Below are positions 1 to 8,539 of a stretch of DNA of 40,413 nt, piece after piece. Both the position numbers and the translations under genes were made by a program. Numbering within the stretch: position 1 is the first letter of the stretch; every line of letters starts with the position of its first letter. The stretch covers positions 1-40,413 of the IMG/VR virus record IMGVR_UViG_3300011441_000021. The stretch is one strand, 5' to 3'. Source of the stretch: a virus. Lineage: Duplodnaviria > Caudoviricetes. The notes beneath the pieces were generated by a model that was not told where the DNA came from, searched no databases, and was given only the letters and a program-made list of their open reading frames with translations.

Positions 1-1
1 G

Positions 2-52
2 ACCGCCAACGTGATGCGGATCAGGGCCGAGCACCGCAAGAACAGCAAGTGA
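2..52 (+). CDS. 3' end of a gene running in from the left edge, probably a tyrosine integrase
   Basis: Frame reads [16 protein letters not shown], resembling C-termini of alphaproteobacterial phage integrases; followed by att-arm-like direct repeats. Only 16 codons visible. Confidence 0.4.
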   Translation, partial: TANVMRIRAEHRKNSK

Positions 53-82
53 ACAACATCGGTCCCGGACAACAGGCGAACA

Positions 83-103
83 CCATGACTGCCATGACTG
101 CCA
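83..103. repeat. Tandem 9-bp direct repeat CCATGACTG x2 (+CCA), possible integrase arm-type sites
   Basis: Exact repeat at 83-91 and 92-100, just after the putative integrase stop. Confidence 0.5.
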
Positions 104-139
104 CCCTATTTGATTTCAAAGGCGAAAAAGCCAGCCGCC

Positions 140-333
140 GTTGTGGAAGGGCCAACGGCGGGTACATGACGATCACGGGGGACGTTGGGACTTACTGCGG
201 GCCGGAAGCCATGGGGATTGACTGGATGACCGGCAATGAACTGTCGGAAGCCATCCCGCCTGCCTATGCGGAATACATCGGTCGCGCCGCGCTGGCGCAC
301 ATCGCTGCACCGCTCGCGATGGCAGCAGAATGA
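140..333 (+). pseudogene. C-terminal fragment of a phage C5 DNA cytosine methyltransferase
   Basis: [25 protein letters not shown] is typical of the C-terminal (motif X) region of phage Dcm-type enzymes; the N-terminal FxGxG and PC motifs are absent. Confidence 0.7.
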
Positions 334-372
334 CCTTATTCAGTAGCCACCGGCAACGATAGCGAGAAGCTT

Positions 373-642
373 ATGAATATGAGCGAAAGTGATCGACACG
401 AGAACATGCTGTCCGCGATGACTGCGGCGAGGCACGCGCGTCGGAACGATGATGTGCTGCTAGATCGCGCTCTCGACATCTTGCACCGCATGGCTACAGA
501 GAGGACGGGTTGGCGCTCGATCTTCCACCGCTGGTATTACAGTGATGAGCCGTTGCGAAACGACGCCGCGAATTTAGTGCGCGAAGCGCGGTTCGAGATG
601 CCGATGCCGCTCGACAGCCGACTACTCGGTGACAGGAATTGA
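373..642 (+). CDS. Phage hypothetical protein (89 aa)
   Basis: Clean ORF co-oriented with its neighbours. Confidence 0.6.
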   Translation: MNMSESDRHENMLSAMTAARHARRNDDVLLDRALDILHRMATERTGWRSIFHRWYYSDEPLRNDAANLVREARFEMPMPLDSRLLGDRN

Positions 643-650
643 ACGCCATC

Positions 651-695
651 ATGGCCTACGACGACTGGAAAACGAGGGAGCCGGAACCGAACGCG
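651..695 (+). pseudogene. 5' stub of a small phage protein (MAYDDWKTREPE), cut by a junction
   Basis: YDDWKT start is common in small phage proteins; after ~692 the frame runs antisense to the DUF7689-like gene. Confidence 0.4.
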
Positions 696-911
696 GTCGA
701 CACCATTCGGCCAGTATCCGCCGATGGGCCACCAAAAATTCTTTTGATCACGCGCCGCCCAAGCGATGCAGTTGTATGCCCTGTCTGGGCAACTCGTGAC
801 TTTGAACGTTCCAGCCTTCAGATTCGGAAAACCAGCCCTTACAAGCTTTTTTATTTCGGCTTCGGTAATTCCTACACACTGTAGCCGTTGGCGCGCGCCC
901 ACCTTAGCCAT
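695..911 (-). pseudogene. Truncated DUF7689-like (papain-fold-like) protein
   Basis: FPNL..TS..AYNCIAWAA..WWP..YWP motif; plausible similarity stops at ~695. Confidence 0.6.
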
Positions 912-1351
912 GCATCCGTCATCTTTTGAAGATTTCCACGCTCGCTTTTCTTGACCGGCCTCGCCCCCGTGATGTGATGGAGCGCCCAGAACCAAAAATC
1001 TGGACTGGCCTTTAATCGCCGCAAGATCAACGGAACCACCTTCGGCCCCATGCTCATAATCTTCTGGTAGTGCTCGTTCATGGCCATGTCATCAATGGCC
1101 GAAATAAATTGAGTCTCTTTTTTCCATTGTGCTGCCAAGCGATTGAATCGCCGTTCACTGGGAGTGCTGGGGGGGTGCAATAGCGTTCGTTCCGGCCCAG
1201 ATACTTTGGCAGGGACGATGCGGTTGAGTGACCAAGCCCCTATCGTCCTGGCACGACGAGTGTTCGAAACTGCCGGCGGCAGATAGTGACGCACCGCAGG
1301 AAAGTGAGGGACTGAAAGGGAGGTATCTTGGCTGGCGTAATAGTCCATCAC
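872..1351 (-). CDS. Conserved helical protein that overlaps the DUF7689-like gene (possible antitoxin/immunity partner)
   Basis: RFNRLAAQWKKET..HYQKIMSMGPKVVPLIL..WFWALHHITG..AWLRW motif. Confidence 0.75.
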   Translation of the reverse strand: MMDYYASQDTSLSVPHFPAVRHYLPPAVSNTRRARTIGAWSLNRIVPAKVSGPERTLLHPPSTPSERRFNRLAAQWKKETQFISAIDDMAMNEHYQKIMSMGPKVVPLILRRLKASPDFWFWALHHITGARPVKKSERGNLQKMTDAWLRWARANGYSV

Positions 1352-1470
1352 TTTGCTTTCCCGCTGGGCGAATTTGGCGCTGGTATATGCTGCATTTCAC
1401 CTGTTTCAAGATCGAGCTGAACGTTGTGGATATTAGCCATTTCCAAAATCTTCTCAGTTAGCCATTTGCC
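1348..1470 (-). pseudogene. Short coupled ORF, or 3' remnant of an upstream moron gene (..KWLTEKILEMANIHNVQLDLETGEM..GKAK*)
   Basis: Stop overlaps the start of 872..1351 (GTGATG); no convincing full-length 5' part. Confidence 0.35.
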
Positions 1471-1509
1471 GGCATTGCTGCCAGGGCCAGTGATTGACGA
1501 GAGGCCCGG

Positions 1510-1787
1510 TCAGTGATTGTTCTCGATCGCCAACAGTCGGTTGGACAAATCATTCATTCTGCGATCCATTGATGACAGACGTTCATCTTGGCGCGCCAGC
1601 TCGACAAACACCTTCACGATTTGTTTAAGACTTTCGTCGATCTTATTCAGGTCGTGTTCCACGTTGTCAATGCGCGATGAGAGTATCCGAATATCGCCCC
1701 GCATCCCGTAGAACACGGCAAGCCCGCCGCCGAGAACCCGATGATCGAAAGCAAGTTTCCGAGCGTAATGGTCCAGTCAAATATCAT
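1510..1787 (-). pseudogene. Single-TM coiled-coil lysis-region protein, broken by a 1-nt deletion near 1733
   Basis: ATG at 1787 (ATGA overlap) gives MIFDWTITLGNLLSIIGF; the sequence continues as GGGLAVFYGMRGDI.. only after a frame change. Confidence 0.7.
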
Positions 1788-2221
1788 CGCGTCCGGCTGT
1801 TCCGATTGGACGCATTCAACTGCTGAAGCTGATCGCTGATCTTGATTAGGGCCTCTCGTGTAGCCCTGGCTTCGGCCTGCTGTACGGCGACCGCCGTGGC
1901 AAGTTCCCCCACCTTGTTTGCAATCTCCTTGTTTGATGCCAGGAACGCCTCGCCCAGCTTGGCGCGCTTGTCGTCCTGATCGCGCAGTGCGGCCGGCGTG
2001 GCTTCAGTGAACTTCTTTTGAATCTCCTTAATATCGGCCACATTCTTGCGGGTCTCGGCTTGATCCCATTTGATTGTGCCGTATGCAATGCCGGCCCCTG
2101 CGATCACGCCGACCGCAACCAGGGCCTGCTTGAGCGTGACGCGAAGCCCGCTCTCAGGCGTGATTGACGGTTGCTCGACAACCGGGACGCTGTAGCGGGG
2201 CGGGCGGGTGCGTTTAGCCAT
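1784..2221 (-). CDS. Single-TM coiled-coil protein of the lysis cassette
   Basis: TM segment ALVAVGVIAGAGIAY followed by a long coiled coil; coupled to neighbours. Confidence 0.75.
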   Translation of the reverse strand: MAKRTRPPRYSVPVVEQPSITPESGLRVTLKQALVAVGVIAGAGIAYGTIKWDQAETRKNVADIKEIQKKFTEATPAALRDQDDKRAKLGEAFLASNKEIANKVGELATAVAVQQAEARATREALIKISDQLQQLNASNRNSRTR

Positions 2222-2408
2222 CGCGTTCGCCTTTGCTTATGTCCTCGGCGCCGGCATCCTTGGCGAGCTTCGATTCCGGCTCGGCCTTGAAGGCCACGGC
2301 CTCGCCGCGTTGCACCAGTTCGGCCAGCGTGAAGCGTGGGCCGAGGGATGGCTTCTCGCCGCGGCGATCCTCAACGTTGTCCGAGTGCGGGAGGCCGGTT
2401 GTTTTCAT
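2214..2408 (-). CDS. Small hypothetical protein (64 aa, SDNVEDRRG motif)
   Basis: ATG at 2408 just after the upstream stop; overlaps the next start. Confidence 0.65.
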   Translation of the reverse strand: MKTTGLPHSDNVEDRRGEKPSLGPRFTLAELVQRGEAVAFKAEPESKLAKDAGAEDISKGERDG

Positions 2409-2413
2409 TGCGA

Positions 2414-2623
2414 TCAACGCAGAATGGGCAGCCTTAACCCGCCGCCCAGCAACATCTGCACCAGCATGAGAAGGACGATGAGGGCAAAAATCACCCAGAG
2501 GATCTGTATGACCTTGGCGGGCAGCGCCAAACCGACAACATCGCGCAGCACCCAGATCACCAGGTAGATCACCAGCGCGATGACGCAAATGTAGATCAGC
2601 AGAGAGATGACGGCTGTAAGCAT
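2414..2623 (-). CDS. Small 2-TM membrane protein (Thivi_2564-like)
   Basis: Two hydrophobic helices; CAGGAG RBS upstream of ATG 2623. Confidence 0.8.
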   Translation of the reverse strand: MLTAVISLLIYICVIALVIYLVIWVLRDVVGLALPAKVIQILWVIFALIVLLMLVQMLLGGGLRLPILR

Positions 2624-2636
2624 GGCTGTCTCCTGT

Positions 2637-3131
2637 TCATTTCTGCGCCGGTCGGATGACCGGCATCGCGGCATAACTCGTATCGGTGAAATGCTTCACC
2701 GCGCGGTTGCCAAACCAGAACCCCATGATGGCGCCGAAGATCGCCTTGGTCGGCTCGTCCCAGACCAGTTGCACCAGTTCGCCGAGCGACAGCCCGGAGC
2801 GGATGCCGACAATCAGCACCGTGGTCTCGATGCCGAGCCACAGGTGGAACATGATCATGGTGATATAAGGCCGAACAAGAGAGGTAAGTGCGTCCACACG
2901 GCTGTTGCCAGAAGGACCAGCAGCATAACGGTAAAGCTCCCGCTGCTGCTCAGTGTCCGCGCGAGCAACCTCAGTGGCCAAGGCGATCTGACCGCCGACC
3001 TTGGCGGCTTCCAATTGCTTATCGGCCATCGCGCGTTCATGGGCCTGGTCGTTCTTGCGGGTGAATAGAGTAATGATCGAGGGCAAGACCGATGAAACGA
3101 AGCCGCCGAGGATTCCGAGAAGGGCTATCAT
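2637..3131 (-). CDS. Putative holin (3TM holin-like)
   Basis: N-terminal amphipathic/TM helix, DQAHE coiled segment, VRP motif, two TMs and FWFG.R. Confidence 0.75.
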   Translation of the reverse strand: MIALLGILGGFVSSVLPSIITLFTRKNDQAHERAMADKQLEAAKVGGQIALATEVARADTEQQRELYRYAAGPSGNSRVDALTSLVRPYITMIMFHLWLGIETTVLIVGIRSGLSLGELVQLVWDEPTKAIFGAIMGFWFGNRAVKHFTDTSYAAMPVIRPAQK

Positions 3132-3604
3132 CAGACCTCACCGGCTTGCTTGGCCCCATCGATCACGGCGATGGCCTTTTCGTTTGCTGCTTCGGTCTTT
3201 GCCACCACTTGTGCAACGTCACCCGGCAGATTGTCCGGCAGGTTCACTAACTCGATCGGCTTGGTGGTCTCCATACGCAGTTGCACTTGGACGTGCCCCG
3301 CAAGTGAGATCACCAGCGGCATGATGTGTACGGTCCATGCCCATTTCTCTGGCATGACCAGTGCGAGCGGCGTCAGGTCGATGCCGCCCAGCGACGCAAG
3401 GGCTGCCAGCCCATAGCCGAGTGCCTGCAGGAATCGTCCCCACAGCACCGACTCCGATTTCATAAAGAATCGGCGCTCTAGCCATTCGCCCACGCGGCTC
3501 TTGTAGAGCCACGCCATCCATGGCTTGGCCAACAGCCAGGTGCGGCCAGCGATGACGTACCAGGCGACAAACGCGATCAGCAGCGCGACGATCCAAAGCA
3601 TCAT
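3131..3604 (-). CDS. Membrane protein of the lysis cassette
   Basis: Three hydrophobic segments; ATGA overlap with the lysin gene. Confidence 0.75.
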   Translation of the reverse strand: MMLWIVALLIAFVAWYVIAGRTWLLAKPWMAWLYKSRVGEWLERRFFMKSESVLWGRFLQALGYGLAALASLGGIDLTPLALVMPEKWAWTVHIMPLVISLAGHVQVQLRMETTKPIELVNLPDNLPGDVAQVVAKTEAANEKAIAVIDGAKQAGEV

Positions 3605-4257
3605 GCGGCCTCCTTGCGCTTGGGCCAGATAAACCATGCCACGGCCGCGATACTCAGCCCCACCAGGACGATCGGAATGGCGAGCATCCAGTCGATACCG
3701 CCGCCTTGCGCGGCCGGCTTCTTAGACGTGGCAACCGTGGTGGCGACGGTGCCGGATACGATCACCGCCGTAGTGCCGGCCTTGGCAGCCGTGCCGCCGA
3801 TCGGCACCTGACCGGCGAACACGCGCCGCTGCGCTTCGATCCAGTCGGCATCTGACGCGGGATACGGCTTGCCCGCCTCATGCCAAGCCTGTGCTTTCAG
3901 GAAGGCGATGCCGTTCGGACTGCGCCAAAAAGCATCATCCATGATGGTGTCACGGGTCATGCCCGGCACGCGCTTTAAGACGAACGCAATATAATCCTCG
4001 ACGAAGTTGCCACCGGACCAGACCCGAATGGCATCCTTGAAGGGTTTGTTCCGATAGTTTTTCGAGGTGCGCCACAGATCGAGTTGCGCGCAGATGCCAT
4101 GCACATAGGTCGGGAACACGGCGATGTTGTTGCCCTGGCCCTTTCCGTCATTGAGGGTGATCGCCTTCTTGTCGGCACCCCATTTGATCGCAAGCGCGCT
4201 GCCCCACATGGCGCCGGGGTTCTTATAGCGGATCGATGCCGGTTCTTGAGGCATCAC
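3601..4257 (-). CDS. Putative endolysin (lysozyme-like 'NPG' family) with C-terminal TM
   Basis: SIRYKNPGAM..IAVFPT..G..AQAWHEAG pattern; sits upstream of the holin; C-terminal TM. Confidence 0.7.
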   Translation of the reverse strand: MMPQEPASIRYKNPGAMWGSALAIKWGADKKAITLNDGKGQGNNIAVFPTYVHGICAQLDLWRTSKNYRNKPFKDAIRVWSGGNFVEDYIAFVLKRVPGMTRDTIMDDAFWRSPNGIAFLKAQAWHEAGKPYPASDADWIEAQRRVFAGQVPIGGTAAKAGTTAVIVSGTVATTVATSKKPAAQGGGIDWMLAIPIVLVGLSIAAVAWFIWPKRKEAA

Positions 4258-4580
4258 AACCCTCCTACAATCTGACCGTTTGTGATAAAGCCATGCCAGA
4301 GACCGCCTGGACTGCCGTTCAGCGATGGCGTGACGGTCATCGTCTCAAACGTCGCAGCGTCAATGCCGCCGGCAATCTGCCAGTGCTTATCCTGACCGCA
4401 TGGCTGCACCATCGTGTGTTCACCGTGCATCATGTCGAATAGATCGCACTGCTCCGACACCATCGGCGGATTCGGGAAACAACTCTGCCGGAACGCCGGG
4501 TCGGTTGGGCAGACGAACGTGAAGCCGATGCGCTTGCCGTCGCGCACAACAAACGTCGGGTCGAGATCAAGCAGCCTCAT
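4254..4580 (-). CDS. DUF6527-like protein
   Basis: F.CP..TVTPSL..WHGFITNG motif. Confidence 0.7.
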   Translation of the reverse strand: MRLLDLDPTFVVRDGKRIGFTFVCPTDPAFRQSCFPNPPMVSEQCDLFDMMHGEHTMVQPCGQDKHWQIAGGIDAATFETMTVTPSLNGSPGGLWHGFITNGQIVGGL

Positions 4581-5047
4581 CACATCCTCGGCTTCGGCTG
4601 ATAACAAATGAATTTCTCGCAAGGTGTTTTGCCGCCGTAGTGAGCGGACACGCAGGCGTGTGAGACGGAAGCGTTTGGCACATTGCCACGCGAGAGGTAG
4701 TGGCGAGGCTCAACCGGACACCACGCGCCTTCGACGCGGACAGCGAGGACGCCATTGAGTTCACGCTCATCGGCATCCGCGAGTTCCCTACAATCAGTGT
4801 TATTGCAACATCCCTGCGGCTTGGGCAGCGCCGAGTTGAACCATGACTGATAGCTGGCGTGGTGCGTGGCGTGGCCGCGCACCGGCCTCGATGCCGCCCA
4901 GATGAATATGAAACCAACAAGGATCGAGAAGATGACGCAGGCCCAGATCGCGCCGCAGACGTAGAACAGCACCAACTTAGTCAGCGAGACGCCATCGAGG
5001 CGTTCCCGCTGACGTTGTTTGATGTACCAATGGCGGGGCACAATCAC
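4580..5047 (-). CDS. Membrane-anchored/secreted Cys-rich phage protein
   Basis: GTG at 5047 overlaps the upstream TGA; TM followed by GCCNNTDCR..AHAC..FIC. Confidence 0.7.
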   Translation of the reverse strand: MIVPRHWYIKQRQRERLDGVSLTKLVLFYVCGAIWACVIFSILVGFIFIWAASRPVRGHATHHASYQSWFNSALPKPQGCCNNTDCRELADADERELNGVLAVRVEGAWCPVEPRHYLSRGNVPNASVSHACVSAHYGGKTPCEKFICYQPKPRM

Positions 5048-5724
5048 CCCGCCGCCGCGTAACGCCGCTTGTATCGCTTCGCATAACGGACGTGCCGCTG
5101 CGCTCGATAGCTGCGGCCAGGCTTGCCGTTGACCTCGGTGTAGGCCCCATGCGGGTTTACGATTGCGTAGCCGCTCAGCGAGCGGACATGCAGCCGTGTG
5201 AGCCGTTGGCCACTGTTGGGGTCGTAGGCCAGTGCCATGTTGCCGGGCAGACACTGCTCGATGGCAAAGACGTGCCCGCGCCGGGCAGCCGCCATCCCTG
5301 GAGCGCAGGACGTTCGCGGGAAGCCCGTCCAATTTGCGGCAATGGCAAGCCCGCCTGCGCGAACCGGCTTACCCAGCAGCCGCAGCGCCACACCACAACC
5401 GCAGAACGCCCGTGGCGGGCAGCCCGCGGGATGCGGCAGGATCTGCGCTGATCTATAAACACCCGTCATGCTGGCGCGCCGCGCCGCAGCGGTCAGCGCG
5501 CGGTGTTGTCCCTTGTATTTCTTGGCGGTCTTTTTCTTGTGGTAGTTGCCCGGCCCCGGATAAAGCCGCTCTTGATACTGCGGGGAATAAATAGGTGCTC
5601 CGACCGAATGCTGATCGTAAAGCCGCTGAGAATATGAATCGTTCTTCTGGCGTGCGTCGGCTGGTGTGCTCACGAGAACAGCAAGCAATGCTGCGCCCAC
5701 GAGCGCCTTGGGGCGCCGTGTCAT
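5044..5724 (-). CDS. Secreted protein with a CHAP/NlpC-like Cys-His domain
   Basis: Signal peptide (ADA); FCGCG..AANW..FPR..PGMAA.RRGHV. Confidence 0.7.
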   Translation of the reverse strand: MTRRPKALVGAALLAVLVSTPADARQKNDSYSQRLYDQHSVGAPIYSPQYQERLYPGPGNYHKKKTAKKYKGQHRALTAAARRASMTGVYRSAQILPHPAGCPPRAFCGCGVALRLLGKPVRAGGLAIAANWTGFPRTSCAPGMAAARRGHVFAIEQCLPGNMALAYDPNSGQRLTRLHVRSLSGYAIVNPHGAYTEVNGKPGRSYRAQRHVRYAKRYKRRYAAAG

Positions 5725-5882
5725 ATGACATGATCCGTTGTTGTGGAAGGGGACGCGGTACTAACGGCCGCTCAGATAGCGGATCATCCAAGCGGCGAAT
5801 TGCTTATCTTCCAAATGTTCCTGCCATTGGCGCTCTGACATTTGACCGGAGCGATAGCAGGCGAGGATAAGCTCGTTCTCGG

Positions 5883-8048
5883 TCATGCGATGGTCGCTAG
5901 TTTTATGGTAGCACCGTCGGCAGCCAGGATCGTGATGTAACCGTTGACGGCAGCGTCGCCGCTGCCTGTGTGCGTTCCGAACCGCATCCGGCCCGTTCCC
6001 TTGGGGGTAAATAGGATATCTATGTTTGTATCGCTGCCTTCCGCCGAGATAATGGGCGGCCCACTGGCAATGTTGCCAGTCAGTTCGAGATAGTTTGCCG
6101 GGCTGGCAGAACCGCTAATTCCGTAAATGCGAAGATTGCCCTTGTGCAATCGCGCCCGTGAATCCGCGTCAGCAGGTGTTCTGATAATTTCATAGTTGCC
6201 TAGGGTGTGCGTTATCACCGTTGCATACGGCGTCATGATGCTGCCGTTGAACGACATATCAGACAGGTCCAGTGGATACGGCGACCACCAATCAATCGTA
6301 CCGTGGACCAGGATAGTACCGGCGCCGACACCGCCAAAAATCGGCACCGTCCCCGGCAGGTTTTCGCCGATTGTTAGATGCAGCCCCTCGATGATAAGTG
6401 TTCGCGTGTTTCCGGTTGTCTCAAACAACGCGACTTCGCATTGCGGCCCAAGGTCTTTGATCCGAAGTCCATGAATGAACACGTTGGACGGCGCGTCTGT
6501 TGTGTCGAACAAAATGGCGTGCGTGATTCCGGTCGCCCCCAAATTGGTTTCAAAGTGTATATCGAACCACCAATCACGCGAGTTTATGGTTTTATATGTG
6601 CGGATTGCTTCTTCTGTGAACGAGACAAGATAGCCGCCATGAAAATGAAATTGATTGGTATCCCCCATCACAATCACAGCGGGGCCAATCGTTAGTTTTC
6701 TAAAATCTGCAGTATAAAAAATGTTCTGGTTGAATGACTGCGCCGTGCCGGAACTGACGGTCTGCGTAATAAATTCAGATTCAATATCTTCGTGGTTCGC
6801 CCCGTCCATTATTAGGCAAGTGGAATCGGCGTCGTTGTAGTCATTGTAAAGGCGCAGGGATCGGTAGTCGCAAGTCTCGCACGCAAAGTTATAGACACAC
6901 GCGCGGCTGAATGACCCAATCATAGTCACGCCATCCCAGATCGACTCGCCGGCCTGATCTGTGGAGTTGATGCGTCCCGCCTGCACCCCGAAGGTTGGAG
7001 TATTGGAGGCGTCACCGACTAATGTGAGGTCTTTAAAACGATACCAACGTGACCCCAATAGATCGATTGCTGGCTTGCCGGTGCAATGCGCGTCGATGAT
7101 CGAGCCGCGTGCATCGAATCCCCAATTAAGTGCAACAATACCGGTCGCGTCAATGCTATCTGTGATTTTGTAAATGGCACCCGGCCGCCCATAGACCATA
7201 GTCGCCAACCCCTCGGACGTGACCGAAGATGTCAGGGCCAATCGGACGTAATCGAATAGATCGTTTAACGGGGTAGTATCGTTAGCTGCACCGTCCCCGA
7301 CTGCGCCGAGCATTTCGGCGCACACCTGTTGCTCGGCTAACTCCCACCACGCGCCATCGGCACTCTGCACCTTGCCTTCGTGCGCTGGTTCGGAAACAAC
7401 ACGCTTATAGTTCGCGGCACCGCCGTCCCCGGAATCGGAATAGCCGTTGACGCGAAGCCCTGTTACCGAGCCATCAATGGTCGCAAGCGCGACTGCCGAC
7501 CGCGACTGAAACAAAGCAACATCAATTGGGACATTGGTTTGCAATAGAGAGGTGGCGGCCTGCACCTGGCCGTAGGTGGCCGCGTCCGCTGCATTTTCGC
7601 CGTCTGCCAGATTGACGATGCGCTGGCTTCCGGCCTGGAATGTTCCAAAGCCGATTGCGTCACTTTCCTTTAGGCGCAACGCGCGGCTGATAAGATCATA
7701 AAGCCGCTGATCGACCATGATGCCCTTGTCGAGCGCGCGATTGGTCGTGGTTGCCGGAAATTCATCCTGGTCGTTGTAGATGACGGCTTGTGTTCGCGGC
7801 GGGTCGCGATAGATGACGAGCGTTTCGCCCGTGGCTGGCGCGGTCAGCATCGTGCAAGTTCCGCCTGCCTCACTGGTCGCGCCCGTCAATGTGTAATGCG
7901 TGGTGATCGTCAGTGTCGTCTCATCGCCATCCGAATCGCGCAGGACAACCACAAGATCGGAATTGGTCAGGAAGTACGGCGTGGCAAACTCAGTTGCCGA
8001 ACTGTTGCCGCTGTACAAAATCTTATTTGTTGCGCTGGATACGGCCAT
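5883..8048 (-). CDS. Tail fibre/tailspike: T7-type N-terminal anchor plus pectate-lyase-like beta-helix
   Basis: YSGNSSATEF..DL.V anchor, GDGGA..SADGAWWEL module, GAVGDGAANDT motif, C-terminal GSDTNIDILFTPKGTG. Confidence 0.9.
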   Translation of the reverse strand: MAVSSATNKILYSGNSSATEFATPYFLTNSDLVVVLRDSDGDETTLTITTHYTLTGATSEAGGTCTMLTAPATGETLVIYRDPPRTQAVIYNDQDEFPATTTNRALDKGIMVDQRLYDLISRALRLKESDAIGFGTFQAGSQRIVNLADGENAADAATYGQVQAATSLLQTNVPIDVALFQSRSAVALATIDGSVTGLRVNGYSDSGDGGAANYKRVVSEPAHEGKVQSADGAWWELAEQQVCAEMLGAVGDGAANDTTPLNDLFDYVRLALTSSVTSEGLATMVYGRPGAIYKITDSIDATGIVALNWGFDARGSIIDAHCTGKPAIDLLGSRWYRFKDLTLVGDASNTPTFGVQAGRINSTDQAGESIWDGVTMIGSFSRACVYNFACETCDYRSLRLYNDYNDADSTCLIMDGANHEDIESEFITQTVSSGTAQSFNQNIFYTADFRKLTIGPAVIVMGDTNQFHFHGGYLVSFTEEAIRTYKTINSRDWWFDIHFETNLGATGITHAILFDTTDAPSNVFIHGLRIKDLGPQCEVALFETTGNTRTLIIEGLHLTIGENLPGTVPIFGGVGAGTILVHGTIDWWSPYPLDLSDMSFNGSIMTPYATVITHTLGNYEIIRTPADADSRARLHKGNLRIYGISGSASPANYLELTGNIASGPPIISAEGSDTNIDILFTPKGTGRMRFGTHTGSGDAAVNGYITILAADGATIKLATIA

Positions 8049-8061
8049 TGCATTGCTCCAA

Positions 8062-8091
8062 AGAAAAAGGCCCCGCGATTGCGAGGCCCTT
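8062..8091 (-). terminator. Rho-independent terminator
   Basis: Minus strand GGCCTCGC-AATC-GCGGGGCC followed by TTTTTCTTT. Confidence 0.75.
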
Positions 8092-8120
8092 AAAAGAGAA
8101 ACGCCGCCCTGGGGCGGCGC
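8092..8120 (-). terminator. Rho-independent terminator, tandem with the previous one
   Basis: Minus strand CGCCGCC-CCAG-GGCGGCG followed by TTTCTCTTTT. Confidence 0.7.
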
Positions 8121-8133
8121 AGTGCGGTGGGCT

Positions 8134-8538
8134 TTAGCGCCCGCTTATGAAGCGGAGCATTTCGACAACTTCGTCGTCGTCGTCCCAATAGGCGCGGCCA
8201 TTAATCTTCGATACACTGTCGGCAGCGTTGGGCTTGACGGCGATCGAAGCCACGGCGGGCTGCTCGACCCGCGCGAGGAAGATGACGTTATCGCGTCGGC
8301 CGGCGACGACAATCGACACCGTTGCCGCGATTTTGGCGGGTGCCGCCTCTACGCGGACTCGGACGGTTACGCGGTCGTGCTGCGATGGCGTAGCAACTAC
8401 GGCAACGCGGGAGCGGCCCTTGGCGAGGTGCCAGGGGTAGCCGGTTTCGACAGCCGGAACCGCAGCCGCCCCAGATTTACCGGCCGCCCAATATCTCGCC
8501 GAAAAATACCGGGCAAGAAAGTGCCTTGCGCCGAACAT
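8134..8538 (-). CDS. Phage structural-region hypothetical protein
   Basis: F.ARYF.ARYW N-terminus and acidic DDDDE C-terminus; coupled to the upstream gene. Confidence 0.75.
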   Translation of the reverse strand: MFGARHFLARYFSARYWAAGKSGAAAVPAVETGYPWHLAKGRSRVAVVATPSQHDRVTVRVRVEAAPAKIAATVSIVVAGRRDNVIFLARVEQPAVASIAVKPNAADSVSKINGRAYWDDDDEVVEMLRFISGR

Positions 8539-8539
8539 G

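Noticed and set aside
141-5751. TTGTGGAAGGG present at ~141 and ~5741
   Set aside because: An 11-mer match is expected by chance in 40 kb; no supporting context.
5725-5882. Possible plus-strand gene remnant between the tailspike and the lysis cassette
   Set aside because: No recognisable motif or RBS; cannot be supported from sequence alone.
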